Shown here one piece after another: positions 35,827 to 44,759 of a stretch of DNA of 64,000 nt; the stretch's first letter is position 1; every line of letters begins with the position of its first letter. The DNA is taken from positions 1-64,000 of IMG/VR virus record IMGVR_UViG_3300027985_000843; one strand, written 5' to 3'. The notes beneath the pieces were generated by a model. That model was not told where the DNA came from. It saw only the letters and a list, made by a program, of their open reading frames with translations, and made no database searches. Position numbers and translations under genes: made by a program.

Positions 35827-37514
35827 AAAAGCGTATTCTTGCTGCCGTAGCAGTCTTTGCTTCTATCTCAGCTGCTGTCGTCTATGCACCCGACGCCGTT
35901 CGCTGGTACATCGAGGACACCTATCCCGACGTCGACCTTCATGGGGACGTTCACCTCGTGTGGGGCGGCGTGGAACTGACCAATGTCGCGGTCCATCGGC
36001 CGGGGCTCGACGCCACGCTGGACCGCGTGCACGTCAGTGCCGAGAAACGGGTCACTGTGCGTGGTGGAAGGGTCGCCCTGAACCTGGACACCCTTGAGGG
36101 CGGAGAAGGCCAGGAAGGGGTACCAGGGGGCGGGCATGAGGGCGTTTCAATCACCGCCTCCGAACTCAATGTCGAAGCGAAGCGAGGGGACATCCACGCC
36201 CGGCTCACAGACGTCGACGTGAATCCCTCTCGCGTGTGCTTTCGCGTCGGTGCTGTGTTCCGAGGCGACCTTCTTGCGAACGTGTGGCAAGGGTGCATGC
36301 CTCGGGACAGGTCGAAGCTGACAGCATGGCGGGTAGAAGTCCCGGTGAAGCTGCCCTTTGATGTTCCCCGAGTCGACACTCAACAGGTCGTTCGCGTGTC
36401 GAATGCGGAAGTCGTCTTGGCGGACAAGCTCGTGAGGTTCGCTTCCGCCTCCATGGGGCCATTCACAGTGATCGGGCCCGCCACGGTCAAGCTGTCGGAC
36501 GACACCGTGTTCTTCGATGCCCCACAGATTTCTGTCGATCACCCGTGGGTGTCCCCCACCCTCGCCACGTTCGACCACGCGTCTCTCACAGCACCCCTCA
36601 GCCTGTTCCAAACGGGGAAGGGGGCCTTCCGAGTTCGGATTGGGAACGCCACCATCCATCTCGACCCGGAGACTCATTCCGTGCGAGGCGACGAGGCTTG
36701 CGGAGATTGGCTGGACATCCTACCGCACCCCCTGCCCGAGGCCATGGACGACATGCAAGAGCACTTCCACGGCCGTCTGAGGTTCGAGGTGGGGGCCAAG
36801 CCCACGCCCTACCTCAACATCAAGCACAACTGCACTTACGATTGCAGTGCCCAGCCGATTGCGGACATTCGAAAAGGGTCCACAAGCTACATGGCCTACG
36901 GCTCGGACGGATCGCTCTTTGAGCGGCGTGTCGGGCGAAACACCCCAGGATGGGTTCGGATAGCGGACCTACCCCCTCATGTGCCCCGCGCGTTCATTCT
37001 GCTGGAGGACCCCGGGTTCCAAAGCCATCACGGGATTCACGTCATGGCCCTCCAGAACAGCCTGATCGCTAACCTTGAGAAGGGCGAGTTCGTAAAGGGC
37101 GGGTCCACCATCTCGATGCAGCTCTCGAAGAACCTGTGGCTTCGCCGGCACAAGACCGTCGGCCGCAAGGCTCATGAAGCCCTGCTCACAGTCGCTCTGG
37201 AATCGTGTCTCAGCAAGGCAGACATCCTGGAGTGGTACGTCAACGTGGTCGAATACGGTCCGGACCTGTACGGGCTAGGGCCCGCCGCGAAGCATTACTT
37301 CGACAAGTCTGCGCAGAACCTCGAACCCGACGAGGCATTCTACCTCGCCAGTCTTCTGCCCCGGCCTTCTCGGGCAGTCCCTCCGAAGCAAGGTGGGCTC
37401 GCCCGAGCCCACCGCCTCATGAGGATGCTCGCTCGCAGTGGCTTCATTTCTGAACATCTCATCCCAATTGAGCCCGGCGAAGTCAACGCTACTGGCTGGG
37501 AGGTGAATGAGTAA
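35823..37514 (+). CDS. Peptidoglycan transglycosylase (GT51, monofunctional/MtgA-like)
   Basis: EDPGFQSHHG, GGSTISMQLSKNL, RKAHE, KADILEWYVN, LASLLP motifs; N-terminal signal anchor. Confidence 0.9.
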   Translation: MKKRILAAVAVFASISAAVVYAPDAVRWYIEDTYPDVDLHGDVHLVWGGVELTNVAVHRPGLDATLDRVHVSAEKRVTVRGGRVALNLDTLEGGEGQEGVPGGGHEGVSITASELNVEAKRGDIHARLTDVDVNPSRVCFRVGAVFRGDLLANVWQGCMPRDRSKLTAWRVEVPVKLPFDVPRVDTQQVVRVSNAEVVLADKLVRFASASMGPFTVIGPATVKLSDDTVFFDAPQISVDHPWVSPTLATFDHASLTAPLSLFQTGKGAFRVRIGNATIHLDPETHSVRGDEACGDWLDILPHPLPEAMDDMQEHFHGRLRFEVGAKPTPYLNIKHNCTYDCSAQPIADIRKGSTSYMAYGSDGSLFERRVGRNTPGWVRIADLPPHVPRAFILLEDPGFQSHHGIHVMALQNSLIANLEKGEFVKGGSTISMQLSKNLWLRRHKTVGRKAHEALLTVALESCLSKADILEWYVNVVEYGPDLYGLGPAAKHYFDKSAQNLEPDEAFYLASLLPRPSRAVPPKQGGLARAHRLMRMLARSGFISEHLIPIEPGEVNATGWEVNE

Positions 37515-37878
37515 CTGGATAGATCTCACCGGTCAGAGATTCGGGCACCTTCGAGTGATCCGGCACCTAGACCAAAGGAACGGCCAGACCCTGTGGGTTT
37601 GCTGCTGTGACTGCGGAAGGATTGTGCACCGAGCCTCTCACAGTTTGCAGATAGGCAACGAGAACACGGCCTGCGAACACTGCCATCGGTCAGAGGGTCG
37701 CCTCGTCGGATGGCAGCTCCTGTACCGAAAGCAGAAAGGGCAGACAATACAGGCTCTAGAGGTGCAAGCTTTCCTGGAAGCCCTCGAAAACGAGAGCTTC
37801 GACAATGAGCAGGTCGACCCTTCTTGGACAGAACAGCCGGATCTGATCTTTCAGATGATCTGGGAAATGGACGACTAG
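37507..37878 (+). CDS. HNH-associated N-terminal domain protein (no nuclease domain seen)
   Basis: IDLTGQRFGHLRVI...WVCCCDCG. Confidence 0.65.
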   Translation: MSNWIDLTGQRFGHLRVIRHLDQRNGQTLWVCCCDCGRIVHRASHSLQIGNENTACEHCHRSEGRLVGWQLLYRKQKGQTIQALEVQAFLEALENESFDNEQVDPSWTEQPDLIFQMIWEMDD

Positions 37879-38273
37879 GTCGAGGACGTGATCTGCGTAG
37901 CGGCTTCGTAGAGCTGTTCGACGACTTCTCGCGTTCGGTGTGCGTCACACAGGTTGAGGACCTTGTACTGCACGGAAGCCGTCCCTCCCGTGAACTCCTC
38001 ACAGTCAGGGTGCTCACACACCCGGAGCACCCGCGCACCTTCCCCGGCATCGAATCTCAGGTGATTGTCGAGCTGGTACTGCCTGTAGCACTCGGCAGCT
38101 TCCTCGGCGGTCGCATGCCCGCCGTCGTGGTACTTGTCGGCGTGCTCCCCCTTGGCTTGACACCATACTTGGCCGCCCGCGCAGTAGCCCACAGGAAAGA
38201 TTCGACCGTCGTTTTTGCAGGTAAAATCCCATCGAAGGGAGTCCTTGCGTTGTCGCGCCATGTAGTAGTTCAT
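37875..38273 (-). CDS. Cys/His-rich hypothetical protein
   Basis: PVGYC..GHATAEEA.ECY..C..C..LCDAH. Confidence 0.65.
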   Translation of the reverse strand: MNYYMARQRKDSLRWDFTCKNDGRIFPVGYCAGGQVWCQAKGEHADKYHDGGHATAEEAAECYRQYQLDNHLRFDAGEGARVLRVCEHPDCEEFTGGTASVQYKVLNLCDAHRTREVVEQLYEAATQITSST

Positions 38274-38291
38274 CGTTAGACCTCGGTCTGT

Positions 38292-39143
38292 ATGATTGAT
38301 GTCGTACAACTAGTCAGGGATGGGCACGGGTACTTCGAGTGGGTTGAGGTGGTGAGCGAGTACCAGGGCTATCAGCTGCACATCAGCGTCATGCGGGACG
38401 CGTTGAAGTTCGACACCATACCTGCCCTGAATTACAAAAGGGTTCCTATTTCAGGGGACTCTCGCGTGTTCAATGGCGTGCGCCTCCCAGCCACGGCTCA
38501 CGAGATGCAACAGATCGCCGACCTCCTCGGGTGCCTGCTGATGACCCCCAAGGTCATCGACCTCGTGTGGCTCAATGCGGGCCTGCGGTTCGACTCTATC
38601 GTCAACGTGAAGGGGCAGATCGTCGCCACCAGCAACATCCACGACGTGCACGAGGCCATCGAAGCCGCCATTGCCAAGATGGGCGGGGACGACGGCACCA
38701 AGCTCGTGTCATGCGTCGGCAAATACTGGTGCCTCATGGAGCTGCTGGCCCTCAAGGGCATGGTTCAGGGGGACTACGCCGCGTGCAACTACGGGTGGTT
38801 CGCCGTGAAGGCGAGCGGGCCCGGCCTCACCCCAGGGACCCAGTGCTGGCAGAGACCAGGCTACGCCCACAACAAGCAACACGTCGACCCTTCCCAGACG
38901 ATCCGGCTCATGAGCCGGTACGCCGTGCTGACCCACCCCGACGGGTCAGAGGAGAATGTCGACCTGCTGGACATCCTCCAGAGCGACCAGCTCTGTCCGC
39001 TGCTCACCCACGATGGCAAGCCCATGACCTATCTGCGTCAAGCGGGAGTCCCCGAGGAATCGCCCATCGAATACAGTGCCCCCATCGTGTTGCCCGAGAT
39101 TGTGGTCAACGGCTACCGACAGGCAAAGCTCCCCTACGTCTAA
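38292..39143 (+). CDS. Hypothetical protein
   Basis: 283-aa ORF; QQIAD.LGCLL.TPKV.D...GKYW...NYGW...H...HVD.SQ. Confidence 0.7.
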   Translation: MIDVVQLVRDGHGYFEWVEVVSEYQGYQLHISVMRDALKFDTIPALNYKRVPISGDSRVFNGVRLPATAHEMQQIADLLGCLLMTPKVIDLVWLNAGLRFDSIVNVKGQIVATSNIHDVHEAIEAAIAKMGGDDGTKLVSCVGKYWCLMELLALKGMVQGDYAACNYGWFAVKASGPGLTPGTQCWQRPGYAHNKQHVDPSQTIRLMSRYAVLTHPDGSEENVDLLDILQSDQLCPLLTHDGKPMTYLRQAGVPEESPIEYSAPIVLPEIVVNGYRQAKLPYV

Positions 39144-39154
39144 CGGAGAATCAC

Positions 39155-39397
39155 ATGAACAAGAGCACCATCGTCTACATCGTCATCGCCACTGTCATAT
39201 CAACCGTCCTCGGGCTGGTCGCGTGGACCATCTTCAAGACCGACCCCTACGCCGAGACGGTGGAGGCCGCTTGCTACCCGGACCTCGTCAAGACTTGGCG
39301 GAAGGAACAGCCGGGCAACCACCTGTACGTGACGTGCATGGATTCCAAGGGCAACGTCACCAAAGAGGTCGAGGTCGAGCACAAGTCCGGCATGTAA
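39155..39397 (+). CDS. Small single-TM protein
   Basis: GGAG SD; hydrophobic N-terminus. Confidence 0.65.
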   Translation: MNKSTIVYIVIATVISTVLGLVAWTIFKTDPYAETVEAACYPDLVKTWRKEQPGNHLYVTCMDSKGNVTKEVEVEHKSGM

Positions 39398-39417
39398 CCT
39401 GGTGTATGGTACGGGGC

Positions 39418-39663
39418 ATGATCAACAGCCATACTGAAGAAGAAATGGTCGAGAAGGTCGTCGTCGATGACATCGTCTGCAACAAGTGCGGCGGTACCTG
39501 CAAAGACGAGTCCGACATGAACTTCGAGGGTCTCCTGGAAGTCACCGTGTGCGGTGGCTACGCGTCCCTTCTCGGAGACGGGAAGGCCCACACGTTCTCG
39601 ATCTGCGAATACTGCCTCCGGGACATGTTCAAGACCTTCAAGTTTCCTCCGAAAATAGGATGA
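39418..39663 (+). CDS. Zinc-binding small protein
   Basis: CNKCG...ICEYC; class II motif TGGTGTA(39400) 11 nt upstream. Confidence 0.65.
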   Translation: MINSHTEEEMVEKVVVDDIVCNKCGGTCKDESDMNFEGLLEVTVCGGYASLLGDGKAHTFSICEYCLRDMFKTFKFPPKIG

Positions 39664-39786
39664 AAGCACAGCTGCGAAGAGACTACATCCCCGTCGCGAC
39701 ATACAAGCTCCGCAACCCATGCAGAGTGGGGGCGCGATCCAAGAAGTGGTGGAAGCGACACCACCGACGAAAATGGAGACATCACC

Positions 39787-40923
39787 ATGGTGACACCTAG
39801 CGATATCGGCTGGGGCAAGTACAGCCAGTATGAAGGCCCCTACTTCAGAGGTACCCGCAAGTTCCAGCTCCCGGCCAAGCCCTCCGAGGAGCACAGACTG
39901 CTGGCGGTCATCACGAGCACCGAAGGCGGCTCCTTCGACGCCATCAACATGTACGATCGATGCATCTTGAGCACCGGCTTGCTTCAGTGGTGCGAGGCGA
40001 AATACTTCCTCACGTCGAACCTGCTCGGCGCCATTGCGGCCGCAGACCCCTCCCTTCTTCAGCCATTGCAGGCAGCCCTCCAGGCCGCCGATGCCCAGTT
40101 CGTCGAGAAGAGCCCAGGCAAGTGGCGGTTCTTCTGGCGGGAACCCCGCAATGAGGTCGACGATGCGGTAGAGCAGGCGAAGCTTTTCCTTCTCGACTCG
40201 TCCGGCCACCAAGGGAGCTGGAACGAGACGTCGAAGCACTACGCCAACCTGTGGGCCGCCAAAATTGCCAGCGTGCTCGCCCAGGATGCCGCGATCGAGA
40301 TCCAGACTCAGTACACGGCCAACCGAGTCAAGATGTTCGCCACCCCGGCCGCCTCCAGAATCCTCTTCGATGGTACCCCGTCCACGGGCTGGACGGGGGC
40401 CACACGGGCCATCTACCTGTCCTTTGCTGCCAACCTCCCTGCCGCCGCCTCGACGCAATTGCAGGCCGCTGTAGCCGAGACAGGAGCCGCCAAGTGGAGC
40501 AAGGAGTGGTGCATCCACATCTCCCGCCGCCTGACCTTCGGCCCGAACATCTCCATCTACCCTCACCGGTACAACGCCATCCGGCCCGTCGTCGAGAAGC
40601 TCTACGGCGTCGATCTGCCGGACATGGCCGGGGAGCTTCAGGTGTGGAAGGGCGAGCAGGGACTCGGGGACGTGTCCGACGAAGATATCCTGAGCGAGGA
40701 ACTGCACGAGCCGACCTTCACGACCGTCAAGGAGGTCCAGCGGCTCCTCGTCGACATGGGCTACGACCTCGGGCCCGCCGGGGCCGACGGGGTCATGGGT
40801 CGCAAGACGAAGGAAGCCCTCCTGGTCTTTCAGGGGAACGCAGGGCTGAAGGCTGACGGATTGATTGGGCCCAAGACGCGGGCCGCGATGGTCACGGCGT
40901 GGCGGGACAAGGTGTGCGCCTAG
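39787..40923 (+). CDS. Lysozyme-like domain plus C-terminal PG-binding domain (endolysin-like)
   Basis: TEGGSFDAINMYD...GLLQW; VKEVQRLL..GY...ADGVMG..T..A...FQ...LKADGLIGPKT. Confidence 0.8.
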   Translation: MVTPSDIGWGKYSQYEGPYFRGTRKFQLPAKPSEEHRLLAVITSTEGGSFDAINMYDRCILSTGLLQWCEAKYFLTSNLLGAIAAADPSLLQPLQAALQAADAQFVEKSPGKWRFFWREPRNEVDDAVEQAKLFLLDSSGHQGSWNETSKHYANLWAAKIASVLAQDAAIEIQTQYTANRVKMFATPAASRILFDGTPSTGWTGATRAIYLSFAANLPAAASTQLQAAVAETGAAKWSKEWCIHISRRLTFGPNISIYPHRYNAIRPVVEKLYGVDLPDMAGELQVWKGEQGLGDVSDEDILSEELHEPTFTTVKEVQRLLVDMGYDLGPAGADGVMGRKTKEALLVFQGNAGLKADGLIGPKTRAAMVTAWRDKVCA

Positions 40924-40929
40924 CAGGGC

Positions 40930-43506
40930 TCAGACGGAGACGGGGACGTCTGCCTTGGCTTTCTCGATGTCGCGGTGCTTGAGTGCGAGCCCTCGTGCGG
41001 CTCGCACGACGTATTGCAGTGTGGCTGCGTACTTCTTGTGCACCTGCTGTTTCAACGTCTTGCTGGCTTCCGCGTCGTCGATGTATTCCTCTTCGATTTG
41101 CCCGCGAGCCATATCACAGGCGGCACAGAAAGTGATCTCTTGGTCGAAGATCTTCTGGAACACTTCGTGCAAGCCCTTGTTCCGCATCTCGTTCAAGGTG
41201 TCAGCAAACGCCTTGATGTCGCTGTTGTAGCGGACCCAGAACTTATTGCGAGTCCGGTCTGTCACGAGAAAGTAACCCTCGCTCTCGGTATCCTGGCCCC
41301 AATCCATCATCGACCAGTTCTCGTCGTTCAAACGGACAGCCTCCGGAGCGTCAGGCCGCATACCCGACAAGACCGTGGTGACGGTGGTCTCAACCGTGCG
41401 CCCACCATTGATCTTCTTTCCCTTCGGGCATGGAGTCCGTTCTCGCTGGGCCTCCACTTCCACCGTCAACGTGGCCGTGCTGATGATATCGCCATCATCC
41501 GAGTAGAGAGTCAAGAAGACCTCTCGGTACTCCCCCACCACCGCATCCTCGGGACACAGAATCCGACACTTCACCCGCTGATTCTGCATCTCTTCCCGGC
41601 TCTTCACAACGAGCCCGTTCGTGGAGACCACGATCTTGCTCTTCGGACGCATACCGCTGATGTCCCAGTATCGAGGAGTGGCGTCCGTTTCGAAGAACCA
41701 CGTGTACGACTGTCCCGGATACAGACGGACCCTGGCATTAAAGGGGTCCTTCGTCATCTCGTTGTGGATGGCCCACCTGATGAAGGTGGGCACGTCCGAA
41801 GCCTTGATCTTGTCCAGCTTCTCGGGGCCCCTCGGAATCATTCGGTGCGTGGCCACCTCGACCAGGTTGTCCGAGAGGATGCCCGCCTTCATCAGCTGGT
41901 CAGTCATCTCTTTCTCGAAACCCTTGTCCTCCTTGGTTCGAGGCGGTCGGTTGTACTCGCTATCCCACTTTGCGAGGATAGTGTCCTGCTTGAGGCAGTG
42001 TACGATCGCATTGAAGATCTCCTTCTGCACAGGAGTCGCCTTCATCCGATCTCGGGTCGACGTGAACAGCTCGTGACGCGCCATCGGATGCAGGTCATCA
42101 CAGATAACCTGCACCATCATCCACCCACCAACAGCGTAGAGACCCGCGCCTTCAGTCTGGTTGGTCAGCCAGGCCCTGGGCCCTTCGGCGTGGTTCTGCC
42201 CATCCAGGTTGAAGTGGATGGGGAGTTCCTGGTGCATGTAATTCTTCACGGCATCCTTCACGGCAGCCCGTTCAGTATCCTTGAGTTCGTTCTTTCGATC
42301 CCTCTGATCTCGTCCGATGACCCAGACCTTGATCTTGATGGTCCCCATCTTGTCAACCATGTCGTCCGGGTTGGGACCGAACCTGTGCGGGTCCAGCGTG
42401 TACTCATAGCCGTGCGAATACACGACGGTGATGCCTTCGTCGGGAGCCAACCGACTCCGGTCGAGCTGCACGAAGGCCCCCTTGACGGTGTGCGGTGTCG
42501 GATGATACGCGGCGTACTTCTTATCGGAATTCTTCTTGCCGCCGGACTGGAAACAAGCCTCCGTCCGGAAAGGCATCACGCATTCCCCGAGCATACGGTT
42601 GCCGAGAGCATAGGTGCTCTTCCGGCCGTTCCACTCCTTCGCATAGGAGTTGTCGTAGCCGATATGCCGGATGAACGTTCCGTGGGTGAAGCCCTTCGGC
42701 GCCTTCATGCGAGGGATCTTGCCATCGACCGTCATGTACAAGAAGACAGGAAGGGTCTTCGTGCTCCCGTCGGGGTTTTTCTCCCAGACCTTCTTCACGA
42801 CAGTGAACCCCACCTCATCAGAGTCGACGTGCCGAGTGGCAATGACCGTGAGTTTACTGTAGTTGAAGGTGGCAGAAGCCCCGTACCCGTGTTTACCGAT
42901 GAGATAGGGCTTCTGGGCCTTATTCCCCTTATGCAAAGAGAGAATGGTCTTAGCCATGTTGTCCGGGAGAATTCCGATTCCGTGGTCGCGGATGTCGTAG
43001 ATGCCAACATCCCATGACCGGACCAACAGATTCTTCGACACTTCCAGAAGGTGGTCATCGCAAGCCTTGTCCCGCATGGCTTCCGGAGTGACCCCGAAGT
43101 ATCGTTTGACGGCCTCAGCAGGAGACGCCGGGACAGGGTCACCCGACTTGTCCTGGTACACCTTCAGCTCGATATTGGCATCCATGCCATTCGTAAACCT
43201 CTCGGCCAGTGCTCGCCCGGCGCAAGCGTTTGAGGCAACGGCTGACTCGTTGTTGGGGTTGTCGTCGAGAGGAACCCACTTGACATTGGGATGGTGGTTG
43301 ATGAAGTAGTCCAGTCGATTGGACCCGACCTCCCATGCCGCCGCGAGTTCCTTTTCGGTGGGCTTTTTAGGCGGGGTGGTCCACTGCGGGAAAGGGTGGA
43401 TAGCGTCCACCACTGTCTTCCCCCTCGTGTTCTTCTTGGTGATCACGTGAGGGGTGGCGATGGCAGCAAACAGATCTTCGATAGTGGTGGGGTGAGTTAC
43501 GCTCAT
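40930..43506 (-). CDS. GHKL (HATPase-fold) ATPase, 858 aa
   Basis: ERFTNGMDA (ExxxNxxDA), IRDHGIGI (DxGxG), GKHGYGASA, GTFI. Confidence 0.85.
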   Translation of the reverse strand: MSVTHPTTIEDLFAAIATPHVITKKNTRGKTVVDAIHPFPQWTTPPKKPTEKELAAAWEVGSNRLDYFINHHPNVKWVPLDDNPNNESAVASNACAGRALAERFTNGMDANIELKVYQDKSGDPVPASPAEAVKRYFGVTPEAMRDKACDDHLLEVSKNLLVRSWDVGIYDIRDHGIGILPDNMAKTILSLHKGNKAQKPYLIGKHGYGASATFNYSKLTVIATRHVDSDEVGFTVVKKVWEKNPDGSTKTLPVFLYMTVDGKIPRMKAPKGFTHGTFIRHIGYDNSYAKEWNGRKSTYALGNRMLGECVMPFRTEACFQSGGKKNSDKKYAAYHPTPHTVKGAFVQLDRSRLAPDEGITVVYSHGYEYTLDPHRFGPNPDDMVDKMGTIKIKVWVIGRDQRDRKNELKDTERAAVKDAVKNYMHQELPIHFNLDGQNHAEGPRAWLTNQTEGAGLYAVGGWMMVQVICDDLHPMARHELFTSTRDRMKATPVQKEIFNAIVHCLKQDTILAKWDSEYNRPPRTKEDKGFEKEMTDQLMKAGILSDNLVEVATHRMIPRGPEKLDKIKASDVPTFIRWAIHNEMTKDPFNARVRLYPGQSYTWFFETDATPRYWDISGMRPKSKIVVSTNGLVVKSREEMQNQRVKCRILCPEDAVVGEYREVFLTLYSDDGDIISTATLTVEVEAQRERTPCPKGKKINGGRTVETTVTTVLSGMRPDAPEAVRLNDENWSMMDWGQDTESEGYFLVTDRTRNKFWVRYNSDIKAFADTLNEMRNKGLHEVFQKIFDQEITFCAACDMARGQIEEEYIDDAEASKTLKQQVHKKYAATLQYVVRAARGLALKHRDIEKAKADVPVSV

Positions 43507-43544
43507 GGTATGTGCCTCTCTGGGCGTGCCAGCCCAGTAAAGGG

Positions 43545-43596
43545 GCCGCCGGACAGGCGGCCATCCTCAGTTACTGCCGCCGGACAGGCGGCCATC
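43545..43596. repeat. Two identical 21-bp direct repeats, each a hairpin
   Basis: GCCGCCGGACAGGCGGCCATC at 43545-43565 and 43576-43596; stem GCCGCC/GGCGGC. Confidence 0.9.
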
Positions 43597-43602
43597 TCTC
43601 TA

Positions 43603-43639
43603 TACACCGGTACTACGTCCGTCCGGTCAACAAGTTCGG
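43603..43639 (-). promoter_or_regulatory. Tandem class I plus class II promoters
   Basis: CCGAAC-N16-CGTAGTA-c-CGGTGTA on minus strand, upstream of the GHKL gene. Confidence 0.8.
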
Positions 43640-43644
43640 AAAAA

Positions 43645-44199
43645 TTATGTCTTGGTCTTCCACAGGACTTCTCTGACCCGCTCCTCCACGTCGCCGCAGT
43701 CCAGCGGCAGCGTCAGGAAGCTTCTGGGGCAAAATCTGTCCAGCAGCCCCGTCAGGACGATCTCGTAGATGTCGTGGTAGGTCCGCTCCTGGATACGGTG
43801 CGAGTCCCCGCTCGTGTCACAGAAGCTGTTGACGGAGAAGAAGAAGACGTGTGTGTACCGACCCATGCCGACCTCCACCTGACTGAGGAGGTCTTCATCC
43901 ACGGCCGAGATGTCATGGAGGACCGTGTAGCACAGGTTGTCGACGGTAGTTCGGTCCGAGACGAAGGCTTCGCGGGTGGTCTCCCAAGCCATCTTCTCGG
44001 TCACCAGACGTTTTTGGAACTCAGCCCGCTTACCCGCCTTGTCGACGTCGTACGGGTTCTCGAAGCCCATGCTACGGGCCACGGTTCTGCTGCCCACTGG
44101 ATTGAGGGGGAGCCCGAGGATGTCTGAGATACGTTTGGCGACGGTGGTTTTGCCGGTACCGGAGGCTCCGGCGAATGCGATTCTGACAGGGGTTTTCAT
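43645..44199 (-). CDS. AAA_28/NadR-Ttd14-like nucleotide kinase
   Basis: IAFAGASGTGKTT, FVSDRT.VD; class II motif (44210-44216) 10 nt upstream. Confidence 0.82.
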   Translation of the reverse strand: MKTPVRIAFAGASGTGKTTVAKRISDILGLPLNPVGSRTVARSMGFENPYDVDKAGKRAEFQKRLVTEKMAWETTREAFVSDRTTVDNLCYTVLHDISAVDEDLLSQVEVGMGRYTHVFFFSVNSFCDTSGDSHRIQERTYHDIYEIVLTGLLDRFCPRSFLTLPLDCGDVEERVREVLWKTKT

Positions 44200-44226
44200 G
44201 CCCCCAACATACACCGGACAGCTAGA

Positions 44227-44712
44227 TCAGCTGTGCTCTTCGTCGTAGTTGTACAAGGCGGCGATCAGCTCGTCCTTGCTCATGTTCGACCGGCCAGAGA
44301 TGCTGCGAGCCCTCGCTTCGGCGTACAGTTCCTTGGTGTCCCACTCTTCGTAGGGGGGCAGCTCTGGTTCGGGTTCAGGTTCTGGCTCCGTGACCTCGGG
44401 CTCCACAACTTCTGGTTCGGGCTCAGGCACCACCACGGGCTCGACGACCACGACCGGTTCCACAACCACGACGGGCTCGGGAGCAGGGCCGGGGGGCGCC
44501 TTGCCCGCTCGTTGGGCGAGAGCTTCCTCTACGAGATACAAGAGGTGCTGCGTCGAGCCCTTCCGAACACCGTCAGGGGCCTTGTTGGTCCGCGTCTCCG
44601 CCATGAGCTGAACGATCATGGTGGCTTCGTGGGCGATGATGTGCCCATACCCGACGGCCCGGATGCAGCGGCTCCGCAAGGTCTTGAGGTCGGCGTCGGT
44701 GTAGTTATCCAT
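44227..44712 (-). CDS. Protein with Rho N-terminal-like domain
   Basis: PE/VVEP-rich linker; YEEWDTKELYAEARARSISGRSNMSKDELIAAL. Confidence 0.8.
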   Translation of the reverse strand: MDNYTDADLKTLRSRCIRAVGYGHIIAHEATMIVQLMAETRTNKAPDGVRKGSTQHLLYLVEEALAQRAGKAPPGPAPEPVVVVEPVVVVEPVVVPEPEPEVVEPEVTEPEPEPEPELPPYEEWDTKELYAEARARSISGRSNMSKDELIAALYNYDEEHS

Positions 44713-44756
44713 GGTGGTCTCCTGTTGTCTGCTACCAGAAGACCACCATAAGTAGA
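44711..44756 (-). promoter_or_regulatory. Class III promoter overlapping an RBS-sequestering hairpin
   Basis: TCTACTTATG; stem ATGGTGGTCTTCTG/CAGGAGACCACCAT (14 bp, one G-U) covers AGGAG and the AUG. Confidence 0.75.
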
Positions 44757-44759
44757 TGA

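Noticed and set aside
39274-43017. Long antisense ORFs (39274-40707, 40975-43017; also 25003-26127 and 60608-61825)
   Set aside because: Shadow frames of GC-rich genes on the opposite strand, with no motifs or promoter boxes.
44360-44480. Short tandem repeats (also 18793-18820)
   Set aside because: They encode low-complexity linkers (VVVEP/PE and PR), not independent DNA elements.
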